From Chloroflexota bacterium (GTDB taxonomy: Bacteria > Chloroflexota > UBA11872 > VXOZ01): 64,000 bases of DNA. The translations under genes and the position numbers were made by a program. The stretch is from assembly GCA_963663275.1 (NCBI GenBank), contig OY760183.1:2656001-2720000 (forward strand). The letters are read 5' to 3'. Within the stretch, counting starts at the first letter, position 1. Each line of letters starts with the position of its first letter. This document shows positions 46,829 through 56,796 of the stretch, piece after piece. The notes beneath the pieces are model-generated. The model made no database searches and was not told the DNA's origin. It saw only the letters and a list, made by a program, of their open reading frames with translations.

Positions 46829-48205
46829 TCAGTGATGCCCAAGGTGCCAGTCCATCAGTTGTTGCTTCAGCCCCGCCGCCACGCCGGCCCGCGCGGGGTC
46901 GTGGTAGCAATTGCGCAGTTCCCACGGGTCGGCGCGCAGGTCGTAGAGTTCGTTGTGCTCGCGTCCCGGCGTGTAGACCAGTTTCCACTCAGGCGTGCGC
47001 ACCATCGTGGAAATCTCGGTCTGGCGTCCGCTGGCCGGCGGGCCGAACGGCAGGTTGTTTCCCCGCGCGGGATCGTCCACCATACCGGCGGGAAACGCGC
47101 CCACCTCGGCGAACGCCACGTCCCGCAGGCGCTCCTTGCCTTCCCACACCGGCGCGAACGAGCGGCCGTGCATATTCTCCGGCGGCTCCATGCCAATCCA
47201 GTCCAATACGGTCGGCGCGACGTTGGTGGAATCCGTGATTTCGGCCATGCGCTCGCCCTGGGGTACCAGGTGATCGGGACCCGCAATGAGGGCCGGCACG
47301 CGGACCAGGCAGTCGTACAGGGTGCAACTCTTGCCGAACATGCGGTGTTCGGCGGCATAGTCGCCGTGATCTGACGAATAGATGATTACCGTGTTGTCCA
47401 GCAGGCCGCGCGCTTCCAGGAACGCCAGCAGGCGCGCCACCTGGTCGTCCAGGTGATTGACCATGCCGTAGTAGACGGCCAGCGCCTTGCGCACTTCCCG
47501 CTCGTCCGCGTCCCACGTGCCGCCGTCCCGCGCCGTCTGTTCCTGTGCCGGCGGCTTGGCGGCGTCCGGGCCTTCCACCGGCGGCAGGGCGATGCGCGCG
47601 GGGTCGTAGCGAGAGAAGTAGGGCTCCGGCACGAAGAACGGCGGATGGGGGTCCATGTAGGCGATGTGCAGCAGGAACGGTCTTTGGCGGCTGCACGCCT
47701 CGACGAAGTTCATGCCGATCGTGGTCATGGCGCCGTTCAGGTCTTCATCCGGCGCCAGCGGCACTTCCGCCACCATGTGCTGCACGCGCTCCGGCGCTTG
47801 CTGGACCAATTCTCGCCGCAAGCGACTGCGCTCGCCCAAGACGCCTTTGCTGATGTCGTGCTGAAACTCGAAACCGCGTCCACCGCCGCCGCGTCCGCCG
47901 TGAAAGTGGCCGACCGCTCCGGTCTGGTAGCCCGCCTCGCGCAGCAGTTCCGCCAGCGTGATCTCGTAGTGCGGCAGGTTGTAGCCATTGCCGTGCACGC
48001 CGATGGCGTGGGCGTAGCGGCCCGTCATCAAGACGCAGCGCGCGGGCAGGCAGAATGGGTGCGGCGTATAGTAGTGCTCGAAGAGCGCGCCCCGTTGCGC
48101 CAGGTCTTCGAGCGCCGGGGTCTTGACGTCGGGATTTCCATACAGCCCCAGGCTCGTCGCCTTCTGCTGATCCGCCAGCAGCAGCACGACGTTTGGCAAT
48201 GCCAT
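46829..48205 (-). CDS. Sulfatase, cytoplasmic
   Basis: PNVVLLLADQ, CLPAR..LMTG (CxPxR), DPHPPF, YYGMV, SDHGD, ELYDL.ADP.E. Confidence 0.92.
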   Translation of the reverse strand: MALPNVVLLLADQQKATSLGLYGNPDVKTPALEDLAQRGALFEHYYTPHPFCLPARCVLMTGRYAHAIGVHGNGYNLPHYEITLAELLREAGYQTGAVGHFHGGRGGGGRGFEFQHDISKGVLGERSRLRRELVQQAPERVQHMVAEVPLAPDEDLNGAMTTIGMNFVEACSRQRPFLLHIAYMDPHPPFFVPEPYFSRYDPARIALPPVEGPDAAKPPAQEQTARDGGTWDADEREVRKALAVYYGMVNHLDDQVARLLAFLEARGLLDNTVIIYSSDHGDYAAEHRMFGKSCTLYDCLVRVPALIAGPDHLVPQGERMAEITDSTNVAPTVLDWIGMEPPENMHGRSFAPVWEGKERLRDVAFAEVGAFPAGMVDDPARGNNLPFGPPASGRQTEISTMVRTPEWKLVYTPGREHNELYDLRADPWELRNCYHDPARAGVAAGLKQQLMDWHLGHH

Positions 48206-48265
48206 GCCTCACCTCTTCCTGATGTGTGCAAGCGCCGGAAATTCGCTCAGATCTGTTCCACTTCG

Positions 48266-48366
48266 TGTTGTCAGCTTGAGGAACGTGTTCATGTTGTCAG
48301 CACGAGGAACGTTCGCCTTGAGCCTGTCGAAAGGTGAACGGAGTCGCCGCAAGGCGGCGAATTGCC
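48266..48366 (-). repeat. Partial inverted copy of the 46050-46155 palindromic cargo with a local 21-bp duplication
   Basis: GTTCGCCTTGAGCCTGTCGAAAGGTGAACGG..GCGAATTGCC matches the reverse complement of the MITE interior; TGTTGTCAGC..GAGGAACGT at 48266 and 48292; bases 1-20 of the window are another fragment. Confidence 0.7.
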
Positions 48367-48454
48367 ACTCTAACTGCGACACGCTCTTTAACGATTCCGT
48401 GTTCGCGCTACCCCGTCAAGCTGAGCGCCCCTTTGCTTCTCATCGACTGAAAAC

Positions 48455-48483
48455 AAAAGAACCGGGGGACTTCCCCAGTTCTC
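48455..48483 (-). terminator. Terminator of the infC transcription unit
   Basis: AGAACTGGGG-AAGTC-CCCCGGTTCT followed by TTTGTTTT on the minus strand. Confidence 0.7.
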
Positions 48484-48515
48484 GTATCAGGCCGGGCCGC
48501 CCGCAATGCCCGCAC

Positions 48516-49175
48516 TCAGTCGGTTTCTTCCGCGCCCGCGTCCATGTGCGTTAGCAGGGCGGTTGCCCAGTGGGCGCGGCGCAGGCGCGCGGACTCGGCG
48601 CTGAAGCCGGAAGGCTCGCCCGCGAACAGCCGCTCCAGGCGCGCGTGGTCTCCCTGCAAGTAGAGCCGCACCTTCATCACGCCGTAGGCGTATTCGGGAT
48701 GATTCTCCGCCAGGTAGGCGAAAATCGAACCGGACGCCCGCTCGAACCGCTCCTTGTTGCCGGCGGTGAGCACGAGCGTCTCCGTCTCTTGCAGGATGTT
48801 GCGGGGTTCGATGCGCACGCGGCTGGCAACGTCCTGCACCGACAACCCCTGCTCCTGCGCCAACTCCCGAAAGCGCAGCACGACCTCATCGTCGCTCAGC
48901 CGCCGCAGTTCGGTCCGCGGCTCGCGGGACTCGAGATTTTCGCGGATGCTATCCCAGTCGATCTCCAAGTGCGGGTAGAGTTCGGACATCTCGAACTGGA
49001 GGTCGGTGGTGACGCGCGGCCGTTCTCCCAAATACGCCAGGAACTGGGTGCGGGTACCCAGGTCGTCCACGATGTCGCGCACCAGCCACGCCACCCAGAG
49101 ACCGGCCTCTTGCCGTCCCGCGACAGCTTCCGGCACCCACTTTATGTAAACATTCTCCCGCGCCGACTCTGGCAC
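48516..49175 (-). CDS. Hypothetical protein with a possible central XRE-like HTH
   Basis: RFRELAQEQGLSVQDVASRV; begins 14 nt after the infC stop. Confidence 0.65.
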   Translation of the reverse strand: MPESARENVYIKWVPEAVAGRQEAGLWVAWLVRDIVDDLGTRTQFLAYLGERPRVTTDLQFEMSELYPHLEIDWDSIRENLESREPRTELRRLSDDEVVLRFRELAQEQGLSVQDVASRVRIEPRNILQETETLVLTAGNKERFERASGSIFAYLAENHPEYAYGVMKVRLYLQGDHARLERLFAGEPSGFSAESARLRRAHWATALLTHMDAGAEETD

Positions 49176-49189
49176 AGTGCCGTCGCTTC

Positions 49190-49759
49190 CTACTGCTGCG
49201 TTGCCTCTTTCGCCTTGGGCGCCGCGCCGTCGCCGCGCGCTCGCCGCGCGTTGGGTTTAGGACTGAGGTACGTCGAAAGCTGGTTGCCCTCCATGATGGG
49301 CCTTCTTTCCACCACGGCCACGTCCTCCAGCCGCTCCAGCACGCGGCGCAGCACGTCGTGGCCATGCTCCGGATGGGCCATCTGCCGCCGGAGAAAGCGA
49401 ACGAACGCCTTGACCTTGTGGCCTTCCTCCAAGAACTTGCAAATGCGGTCCACACGATAGTCGATATCGTGCTTATCCATCACCGGGCTGAAACGCACCT
49501 CTTTCAATGAGGAAGCGGCGCGATTCTTGCGCGAGTTTCGCTCCTCCTTGGTCTGGCGGTACTTGTACTTGCCGTAGTCCATGAGCCGGCAGACCGGGGG
49601 TGAAGCGTTTGGGGAAACCTCCACCAGGTCCACGCCGCGCTCCTGGGCCAACGCAAGCGCCTGCTCCAGACCGAGTATGCCGATCTGCTCGCCGTCTTCG
49701 TCGATTACGCGAACTTCGCGTGCTCGAATTTCACGGTTATTGCGCGCGTCTTTGACTAT
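49190..49759 (-). CDS. infC: Translation initiation factor IF-3, ATA start
   Basis: AGGAGG-8nt-ATA in frame; N.EIRAREVRVIDEDGEQIG, DLVEVSPNA.PPVCRLMDYGKYKY, KEVRF, G.KVK. Confidence 0.95.
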   Translation of the reverse strand: MVKDARNNREIRAREVRVIDEDGEQIGILGLEQALALAQERGVDLVEVSPNASPPVCRLMDYGKYKYRQTKEERNSRKNRAASSLKEVRFSPVMDKHDIDYRVDRICKFLEEGHKVKAFVRFLRRQMAHPEHGHDVLRRVLERLEDVAVVERRPIMEGNQLSTYLSPKPNARRARGDGAAPKAKEATQQ

Positions 49760-49843
49760 AGCTCATTCCTCCTGGGGTGCTGCGCCTCAAGTCTCGCTGG
49801 ACTATACCATATTGATATTCCAGGAATCAAGACCCGTCCAGCA

Positions 49844-50908
49844 TTAACTCACGCGAATTCGATGGCCGGTTTCTCCGCCCACAGCCGGGCGCGCCGCCTC
49901 GTGCCGGGCCGCAGGCGGTCGGTACTGGACTGCCGTCAGACCGTCGCTCGCCGCGCCGCGCTTCGCTCGCGCCAGCGCCGGTTCCCGCGCCCGGACAGCC
50001 AGCGAGCGCTTCAGCGCCAGTTCGCCCTCGGTCTCGCTAAAGCCGCAATCCAGGAACGCCTGGCATACGTCCGCCGCGTGCGCCGGCGTCCTTGACCAGA
50101 CCGCCGCGCCGCCTCGCTCTCTCGCATGGCGCAGCGCGGTGGCGACCAGGTCTCGCGCCAATTCCCGGCGGCCCAGCGCAACGCCAATCTGAGCGCGCAT
50201 CGTGCCGCCGCCGCCCCGCGATTCCGTGAGCCAGCCCGCCAAGCCGCCTTCATCCTCGACCACCCAGCGGGTTGCCTGAAACGAGAGCCGGGGAACGCCG
50301 CGCCGCAATTGCCAGTCACGAGCCGTAAGCCCTTCCGCCAGGCGCACGTTCTGGGGTGTCGTGCGCAGATAGAGTTGGTGCAGCGGCCAGGCGTCCCGCT
50401 GCTCCTGCAAGCGCAGGCCGGGCACGTCCGGCGCGTTTGCGCTGAACGGAGCGTGCAGCGCAAAGGCGCGCTCCCGCGTCACGACGGCAAACCCCGCCTG
50501 ACGCAAGGGCGCTACGAGACAACTCTCTTCCGGCACGCGCGCGACAACACCCATGATGCGCTGCGCGCCGGCAACGCGGCACACTTCATCGAGTAGCGAC
50601 AAGAGGCGGGCGCTCACCGCGTCGTCCGCGTCGGATGAGTCCCGCCGCAGCCCGGCGACGGCGAGGTACATTACTTCCCACTGGTCTCGGCCGGACTGCC
50701 GCGCCATCTGCGCCACGGCAACGGTCCGCCGTCCTTCCCATACCGCCACCGCGCACGACGCCGGCATGACCGTGCTTAAGAACAACCCCATCGCCGGCGA
50801 CCACGGCGTGTTGGCGGTAACGAGCGACGCTCCCGCCGCGCGCTGCAAGCGCCACGCCCGCAGGATTCGCAGCGGATCGTGCCGTGTAACTTCAGCCGCT
50901 TGAAACAT
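49844..50908 (-). CDS. Hypothetical protein, probable tandem GNAT folds
   Basis: Two units ending L..AGF / F..CGF, WEVMYL, LHQLYLRTTP.NVR.AEG. Confidence 0.6.
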   Translation of the reverse strand: MFQAAEVTRHDPLRILRAWRLQRAAGASLVTANTPWSPAMGLFLSTVMPASCAVAVWEGRRTVAVAQMARQSGRDQWEVMYLAVAGLRRDSSDADDAVSARLLSLLDEVCRVAGAQRIMGVVARVPEESCLVAPLRQAGFAVVTRERAFALHAPFSANAPDVPGLRLQEQRDAWPLHQLYLRTTPQNVRLAEGLTARDWQLRRGVPRLSFQATRWVVEDEGGLAGWLTESRGGGGTMRAQIGVALGRRELARDLVATALRHARERGGAAVWSRTPAHAADVCQAFLDCGFSETEGELALKRSLAVRAREPALARAKRGAASDGLTAVQYRPPAARHEAARPAVGGETGHRIRVS

Positions 50909-50974
50909 GACGTGCCATGATACGCGGTTGCGCCGGCCGCTTTGACGCGCATTCCGCCCGGGTCGTCTGCGGCG

Positions 50975-51562
50975 CTACGCGCTCACCCGCGCGCAGAGCG
51001 TGAGAAAGTACTGGTGCAACCGCCGGTCGGCCACTATCTCCGGATGGAATGCGGTGGCGAGCACGGCGTCCTGTTGTATCGCTACCATGCAGCCATTGGA
51101 GGGCAGGCGGCCCAGCACTTCCACGTCGGGGCCAACGGACTCTACTACCGGCGCGCGAATGAAGACGGCGGGAAACGGATCCCCCTCTATGCACCGCAGG
51201 GGCACGTCGGCCTCGAAACTCTCCACCTGGCTGCCAAAGGCGTTGCGCCGGATGCGCGTATCCATGACTCTCAGCAGGGGCTGTTCATGAACGCCGATGT
51301 CGTTGGCCAAGAGAATCATGCCGGCGCAGGTGCCCCAGGCCGCCATCGCGCCCGCCAGGATGCGCTCGCGAATGGGCTCCACCATGTCGTAGATCACCAT
51401 CAGCTTGCCGATGGTCGTGCTCTCGCCCCCCGGGATGATGAGGCCCCGCACGCCCTCCAGGTCTCGCGGCAACCTGACCTGAGCGGCTTCCACCCCCAGG
51501 TCGCGGAGGGCGTTGACGTGCTCGCGCACGTCGCCCTGCAGCGCCAGCACGCCGACTTTCAT
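50975..51562 (-). CDS. pdxT: PLP synthase glutaminase subunit
   Basis: GVLALQGD, IPGGESTT, GTCAGMILLA, RNAFGSQ, FIRAP, FHPE. Confidence 0.97.
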   Translation of the reverse strand: MKVGVLALQGDVREHVNALRDLGVEAAQVRLPRDLEGVRGLIIPGGESTTIGKLMVIYDMVEPIRERILAGAMAAWGTCAGMILLANDIGVHEQPLLRVMDTRIRRNAFGSQVESFEADVPLRCIEGDPFPAVFIRAPVVESVGPDVEVLGRLPSNGCMVAIQQDAVLATAFHPEIVADRRLHQYFLTLCARVSA

Positions 51563-51569
51563 GCCGCCT

Positions 51570-52451
51570 CTACCACCCTCGCACCGCGAGCAACTCTTCA
51601 CTGGGCATAGAGCGCACGTCCATGCCCGACATCGGCTCGCCCAAGCCGCGCGAGACTTCGGCGACGATCTGCGCATCCTGATAGTGGGTAGTCGCCTTGA
51701 CGATGGCGGCGGCCCGGATTGCCGGGTCTTCCGACTTGAAGATGCCGGAACCCACGAAGTTGCCGTCGCAGCCGAGTTGCATCATGAGTGCCGCGTCGGC
51801 CGGCGTGGCGATGCCTCCCGCCGAAAAATTGACAACGGGCAAAGCGCCGCGTTCCGCCACTTCCACCACCAGCGCGTGCGGCGCGCCCAGCTCTTTCGCC
51901 TCCGCCATGAGTTCTTCCGGGCGCATGTTCTGCAGGCGGCGAATTGCGCCGCCTACGGCGCGGATGTGCCGCACGGCTTCCACCACGTTGCCCGTGCCGG
52001 CCTCGCCCTTGGTGCGGATCATGGCCGCGCCCTCGCCGATGCGGCGCAGGGCCTCGCCCAGGTCGCGCGCGCCGCACACGAAGGGAATCGTAAAGGCATT
52101 CTTCTCGATGTGATGCTCTTCGTCGGCCGGCGTAAGCACTTCCGATTCGTCGATGTAGTCAATGCCCAACGCCTCGAGCACCTGCGCCTCCACGAAGTGG
52201 CCGATGCGGCACTTGGCCATGACGGGAATGGTGACCGCGTGCTTGATCTGCGTAACCAGTTCGGGGTCCGACATGCGCGCAACGCCGCCTTGGGCACGAA
52301 TGTCCGCCGGCACCCGCTCCAGCGCCATCACGGCGACGGCGCCGGCGTCCTCGGCGATGCGCGCCTGCTCAGGCGTGACAACGTCCATGATGACGCCGCC
52401 CTTGAGCATCTGCGCCATGCCGCTTTTCACAAGCCACGTACCCTTTTCCAT
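51570..52451 (-). CDS. pdxS: PLP synthase lyase subunit
   Basis: [53 protein letters not shown]. Confidence 0.98.
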   Translation of the reverse strand: MEKGTWLVKSGMAQMLKGGVIMDVVTPEQARIAEDAGAVAVMALERVPADIRAQGGVARMSDPELVTQIKHAVTIPVMAKCRIGHFVEAQVLEALGIDYIDESEVLTPADEEHHIEKNAFTIPFVCGARDLGEALRRIGEGAAMIRTKGEAGTGNVVEAVRHIRAVGGAIRRLQNMRPEELMAEAKELGAPHALVVEVAERGALPVVNFSAGGIATPADAALMMQLGCDGNFVGSGIFKSEDPAIRAAAIVKATTHYQDAQIVAEVSRGLGEPMSGMDVRSMPSEELLAVRGW

Positions 52452-52724
52452 AGTCTCCGCCTTTAGGTGTGCTATGCCTTACCCACGTGCCTGACCGTTC
52501 ATTCACCAATGGTACCTGCCAATGACCGACTCGGCAAGAGGGGAGCGTTTTTCCGCCGCATACGCGGATTGCCGAACTGCCGCGGCCGCGACTCCGCTTC
52601 CCGCCGCCGGTTGTCATGCGGGTTTACAGGTTTGATAGTGAGTATTGCATCTGGTATAGTGATGCGCCAGTAGCAGCGGCGTAGCGCAGGTGGCGCGGCC
52701 GGTAGATGAGTTGCGGGGATACCA

Positions 52725-54803
52725 GTGCTGACCGTACAGATGGGCCAAGCTGCGTTGGTTGGCAACCGGCGCCAATCGACCAGCCCATGGGCGCACACCT
52801 TCCAGGATGCCTCTTCGGATGAAGACCGAGGCGCTCTCTATCTGAACCTGGAGGGTGTGGACGAAGAAATGGCGCGCGCCATTGCGCAGGAAATCGCGCG
52901 CGTCTACTTCGAGAACGTCACCGTAAGCACGGAAACCGCCCTGCTGCGCAGCGTACGCCACGCCTACCGCCAACTCTACGACGCCCGCGCCGCGGAATCC
53001 CTTGGCGACGTGGGCATCACCGCCGTCGTCATACTCGACGATCGCGCTTCGATCGCGCAGGTGCTGCCCACGCAGTTCTATCTGATACAAGACGACGAGA
53101 TTACCGCCCTGCCCGATGCGCAAGATCGCCTGAGCGGGCCCGCGTCCCCGCCGCAGTCGCCGTCGTCGGCCACCGAGGGCCGCTATCCCCAGTGGGAGCC
53201 TCCGGTAGGGCTGTTTCGCGCGTCTCCCAGCGCCCAGGACATTGCCGCGCTCTGCACCGACAACATCGGCGCCGTGCTGAGCGCAAGCGAAATTCAAGAC
53301 GTCGTTGGCCGCGGCAGTATCCAATCGGCGGCGGAAAACCTGGTCGATACCGCGCGGCAGCGCGGCGAAGAGACTGCCTCGGTTCTCCTGCTGCGCTTCG
53401 TCGCGGTCAGGGAGAGGGTGGAAACGACGGAAGAAGCGCCTGAGACCGCTGCGGAATCGGCGTTCGCGGCGCAGCCGGAGCCTGCAGCGCAGCCGGAGTC
53501 CGCAGCGGATGCGGCGCAAGCGCCAACCCAGTCCAAACCCCGGCGGAGCGGCAATCCACTCGTCACGTTCTTGGGATTGCTGCTTGCCCTCGTGCTGCTC
53601 GCGTGGTCTACCATCGCCTCGCTCTTTCGTCCACGCGGCCGGCGCTCCGAATCTCTGCCCGGCGGCGCGTCCGGCCCGGCGACGGAGTCGACGATACCGA
53701 CGCGCGGCGGACCCGGCCAGGACCGCCGCCAGCGGATTAGCCGGCTTGTCGCCGGCGGCGCCGTCATTCTTCTCCTGATCGCCCTTGTCATCGCGGCAAA
53801 CGCGCTCTTTGGAGAGCAGGACCCGGCCGTCAGCGTGACTGAAGACCCCACCGCCACGCCTCAAGCGCAGGCCACGGCCACGCCGACCCAGGCGGCCGCC
53901 GCCGCTTCGCCCGCGCCGGCGGAGTCAACCCCGGAGGCAACGCCGGAACCGCCCGCCGCGGCCGCTCCGGGCAGCGTGCAACTCACCGCGTCGCAGGACC
54001 TGGTGCGGTTCGATCCAACCGTGCAGCAACCGGGCGAAATCTACGGGCTGGATAACACCGTCTACGTTATCGACCGCGCCAGCGGCGCGGTGTATCGCGT
54101 CGGCTCGGACGGCAGCAACGAAATCGCCTATCAGCCGGACGCCGCCACCGGCAGCGCCGCCAGGCACGTCACGGGCAGAGAGGGCGTTATCCAAATTCTC
54201 GATACCGACAACCGGCTCTTCCACGTCACCAACGAAGCGGCGCCGCAACTCGTGGAGTTGCCCGTTGGCTCGGTGGAGCAGCCGCGCTCGACCGCCACGT
54301 ACGACGAGAATTTCTACGTCCTCGACACGGCCGCCAACGACGTGCTGCGCTTCCGGCCGGTTGGCAGCGGCGTCTATAGCGAGCCCGAAGGGTACTTTGG
54401 CGTCAACAGCGGGGTGGATCTGGCGCAAGCGACGGACCTTGCCATCGACGGTTCCGTGTACATCCTCTTCAGCGACGGCACCGTCAATCGCTATATAGGG
54501 GGCGCGCGCGCCGACTTTTCCCTGGCGACGCTGCCGTCACCCGTGGGCGTCCCCGGCGTGATATTCATCAGCCAGGGCATGGGTTCGCTCTACATCCTGG
54601 ACGGGGATAACGGCCGGATTGTCCAAGTGACCACCGAAGGCGTCTACCAGCGGCAATTCCTGGCGCCGGACGGCGTCATCTCCAACACGTTGGATCTGTA
54701 CGTCAATGAAGATGAGACGTCACTCTGGCTCGTCAGCCCCACCGGCGTGACCCGCTACCCGCTGCCGACCCTGCCGGAGGACGCGCCCCGCTCGCCTGAG
54801 TAA
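52725..54803 (+). CDS. Membrane protein: degenerate PP2C-like N-domain, TM helices, Pro/Thr/Ala linker, NHL-like beta-propeller
   Basis: TALLRSV..A...L, GITAVVI, D.AALCTD; two hydrophobic segments; repeats VYVID, FYVLD, AIDGSVYIL, LYILD..NGRIV. Confidence 0.65.
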   Translation: MLTVQMGQAALVGNRRQSTSPWAHTFQDASSDEDRGALYLNLEGVDEEMARAIAQEIARVYFENVTVSTETALLRSVRHAYRQLYDARAAESLGDVGITAVVILDDRASIAQVLPTQFYLIQDDEITALPDAQDRLSGPASPPQSPSSATEGRYPQWEPPVGLFRASPSAQDIAALCTDNIGAVLSASEIQDVVGRGSIQSAAENLVDTARQRGEETASVLLLRFVAVRERVETTEEAPETAAESAFAAQPEPAAQPESAADAAQAPTQSKPRRSGNPLVTFLGLLLALVLLAWSTIASLFRPRGRRSESLPGGASGPATESTIPTRGGPGQDRRQRISRLVAGGAVILLLIALVIAANALFGEQDPAVSVTEDPTATPQAQATATPTQAAAAASPAPAESTPEATPEPPAAAAPGSVQLTASQDLVRFDPTVQQPGEIYGLDNTVYVIDRASGAVYRVGSDGSNEIAYQPDAATGSAARHVTGREGVIQILDTDNRLFHVTNEAAPQLVELPVGSVEQPRSTATYDENFYVLDTAANDVLRFRPVGSGVYSEPEGYFGVNSGVDLAQATDLAIDGSVYILFSDGTVNRYIGGARADFSLATLPSPVGVPGVIFISQGMGSLYILDGDNGRIVQVTTEGVYQRQFLAPDGVISNTLDLYVNEDETSLWLVSPTGVTRYPLPTLPEDAPRSPE

Positions 54804-54941
54804 GCGCGCGAGACACTCACGGCTTGTTCCCCTGCGGTCTACGCCGCCGTGGTTTCATGTTGTTCGCACCAGCCGTTCCCCGCTTGCCGCGCCTCTCCGC
54901 CGCTGCGCCCGGAGGCCATGGCGTGACTCCATGCTCATGAA

Positions 54942-55108
54942 GGGCTGACAGCGGTATGTAAGTGTCATTCCGAGCGGAGCGTCGCACAGGGTTCGTGGAA
55001 TTTAGAGATGTAGATTTTGCAGTGTGGCGCCTTAGATTCCTCTCTCCGCTGCGCTCCGCTCGGAATGACACGGGAAATCGCAAATAGAGTACATACCCCT
55101 ATCAGCTC
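54942..55108. mobile_element. MITE, 167 bp, second copy of the 9838-10003 element, perfect 5-bp TSD ATGAA
   Basis: GGGCTGACAGCGGTATGTA...TACATACCCCTATCAGCTC; ATGAA at 54937-54941 and 55109-55113. Confidence 0.82.
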
Positions 55109-55113
55109 ATGAA

Positions 55114-55205
55114 GGGAGGAAAGTTGGGATGGGAGTGATACGAATTGACAGTATGCTATCTTCAGTTTCAAACGAAGTCTGGATTCCGGGTTTCGCCGGA
55201 ATGAC
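55114..55205 (-). repeat. Host palindromic element (GTCATTCCGGCGAAACCCGGAATCCAG...CCCATCCCAACTTTCC), inverted homologue of 9743-9832
   Basis: Reverse complement aligns with 9743-9832. Confidence 0.8.
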
Positions 55206-55381
55206 AGCGCTGGGCCAGGGCCTCGCCCGGATGTGCGAGAATGAGGAGAGACGCCGGCGTCCGCGTCTGAGCCGGCTGAAGACGGCGGACTGCCTGCCGG
55301 AGACTGCGGCTTGCGGGGCGGGCCGCGGACGGCGGTCGCAATGGCGAAGAAGCGGCAAGGCTGCGCGAAGGCGGATGAAGC

Positions 55382-56659
55382 ATGTTCTACGATGAAGCGC
55401 AGATTTTCGTGAAAGGCGGCAAGGGCGGCGACGGCATGGCCCACTTCCACCGCGAGAAGTTCCGGCCCCGGGGCGGGCCAGACGGCGGTGACGGCGGGCG
55501 CGGCGGCAGCGTCTACCTGGCGGTCGATCCCAGCCTGAACAGCCTCCTCTTCCTGCACCGCGCGCATCGCTTCGTGGCGGAGCCGGGCAAGCCGGGCGCC
55601 GCCAACCGCAAGCAGGGCGCCGCCGGCAAGGACGTCGAGGCCATGGTGCCGCCCGGCACCGTCGTCACCGACGCGGCCTCCGGCCAGGTCATCGCGGACC
55701 TGCGCGGCCCCGGCGACCGCGTGTTGGCGGCGCGGGGCGGCCGGGGCGGGCTTGGCAACGTGCACTTTGCCACCTCAACCCGCCAAGCGCCTAACTTTGC
55801 CCAAAAAGGCGAACCCCCCGAGGAACGCCGGCTCGACCTGGAACTGCAACTCATTGCCGACGTGGGCATCGTCGGCCTGCCCAACGCCGGCAAGTCGTCG
55901 CTCCTGGCGCGCATCAGCGCGGCGCGGCCCAGAGTCGCGCCGTATCCCTTCACCACGCTGCAACCGGAACTTGGCGTGGTGCAACGCGGCGCGGCTACCC
56001 TCGTCTTCGCCGACATTCCCGGCCTCATCGAGGGCGCGCACAGCGGCGCCGGGCTGGGTCACACCTTCCTGCGCCACATTCGCCGCACGCGCCTGCTGGC
56101 GCACCTCGTCGATTGCGCATCGCTGGAGGGCAACGACCCCGTGGCGGCCTTTCACCAGGTGAACGCGGAACTGCGGCAATTCGACCCGACGCTCCTGGAC
56201 CGGCCGCAGATCGTGGCGCTCAACAAGCTGGACGTTACCGAGGCGCGGGAGCGATTCGCCGCCGCCAAAGCCGCAATCGAGTCGGCAGGCTACCCCGTGG
56301 TCGGCATTTCGGCGGTTTCCGGACAGGGCATCGATGAACTTATCGGCGCGGTCTTCCACACGCACGCCGAAACGCCGCTCCCGCAGGCCGAACCCGCGGC
56401 GGTTGCCGTTCCCCGCGTGGCGGTTCCCATCTCCGACGACTTTGCGGTTACGCGCCGGGGAGACGCCTACGTGGTCACCGGCAAGGCGGCGGAACGCCTG
56501 GCCGCCATGGCCGATCTCTCCAGCCTGGACGGCGTCTTCTACTTCCAACAGCGGCTCGACCGCATGGGCGTCACCGCCGCGCTGGAGAACGCCGGCGCGC
56601 AAGCCGGCAGCACCGTAATAATTGGCTCGCTGGAGCTTGAGTGGCAGGCCGAAGCCTAG
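55382..56659 (+). CDS. obgE: GTPase ObgE/CgtA
   Basis: GG.GGDG, GGPDGGDGGRGG, GLPNAGKSS, YPFTTL.P, DIPGLIEGA, NKLD, C-terminal OCT domain. Confidence 0.97.
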   Translation: MFYDEAQIFVKGGKGGDGMAHFHREKFRPRGGPDGGDGGRGGSVYLAVDPSLNSLLFLHRAHRFVAEPGKPGAANRKQGAAGKDVEAMVPPGTVVTDAASGQVIADLRGPGDRVLAARGGRGGLGNVHFATSTRQAPNFAQKGEPPEERRLDLELQLIADVGIVGLPNAGKSSLLARISAARPRVAPYPFTTLQPELGVVQRGAATLVFADIPGLIEGAHSGAGLGHTFLRHIRRTRLLAHLVDCASLEGNDPVAAFHQVNAELRQFDPTLLDRPQIVALNKLDVTEARERFAAAKAAIESAGYPVVGISAVSGQGIDELIGAVFHTHAETPLPQAEPAAVAVPRVAVPISDDFAVTRRGDAYVVTGKAAERLAAMADLSSLDGVFYFQQRLDRMGVTAALENAGAQAGSTVIIGSLELEWQAEA

Positions 56660-56796
56660 CCCATTTGCCGTGCCGGACCCGATCGGGGCGAAATCTTGAA
56701 GAACTGCCCCGCTCCTCGTACAATAGAAAGCTGAAATCACATTAATTCGCTAATCCGACCGGCAAGGATGAGTGTTGCAGCAAGGAAGGAACACCG

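Noticed and set aside
52460-52540. PdxR-type operator (TGACC repeats) upstream of pdxS
   Set aside because: Only 5-6-bp matches and no MocR regulator adjacent; cannot be separated from chance
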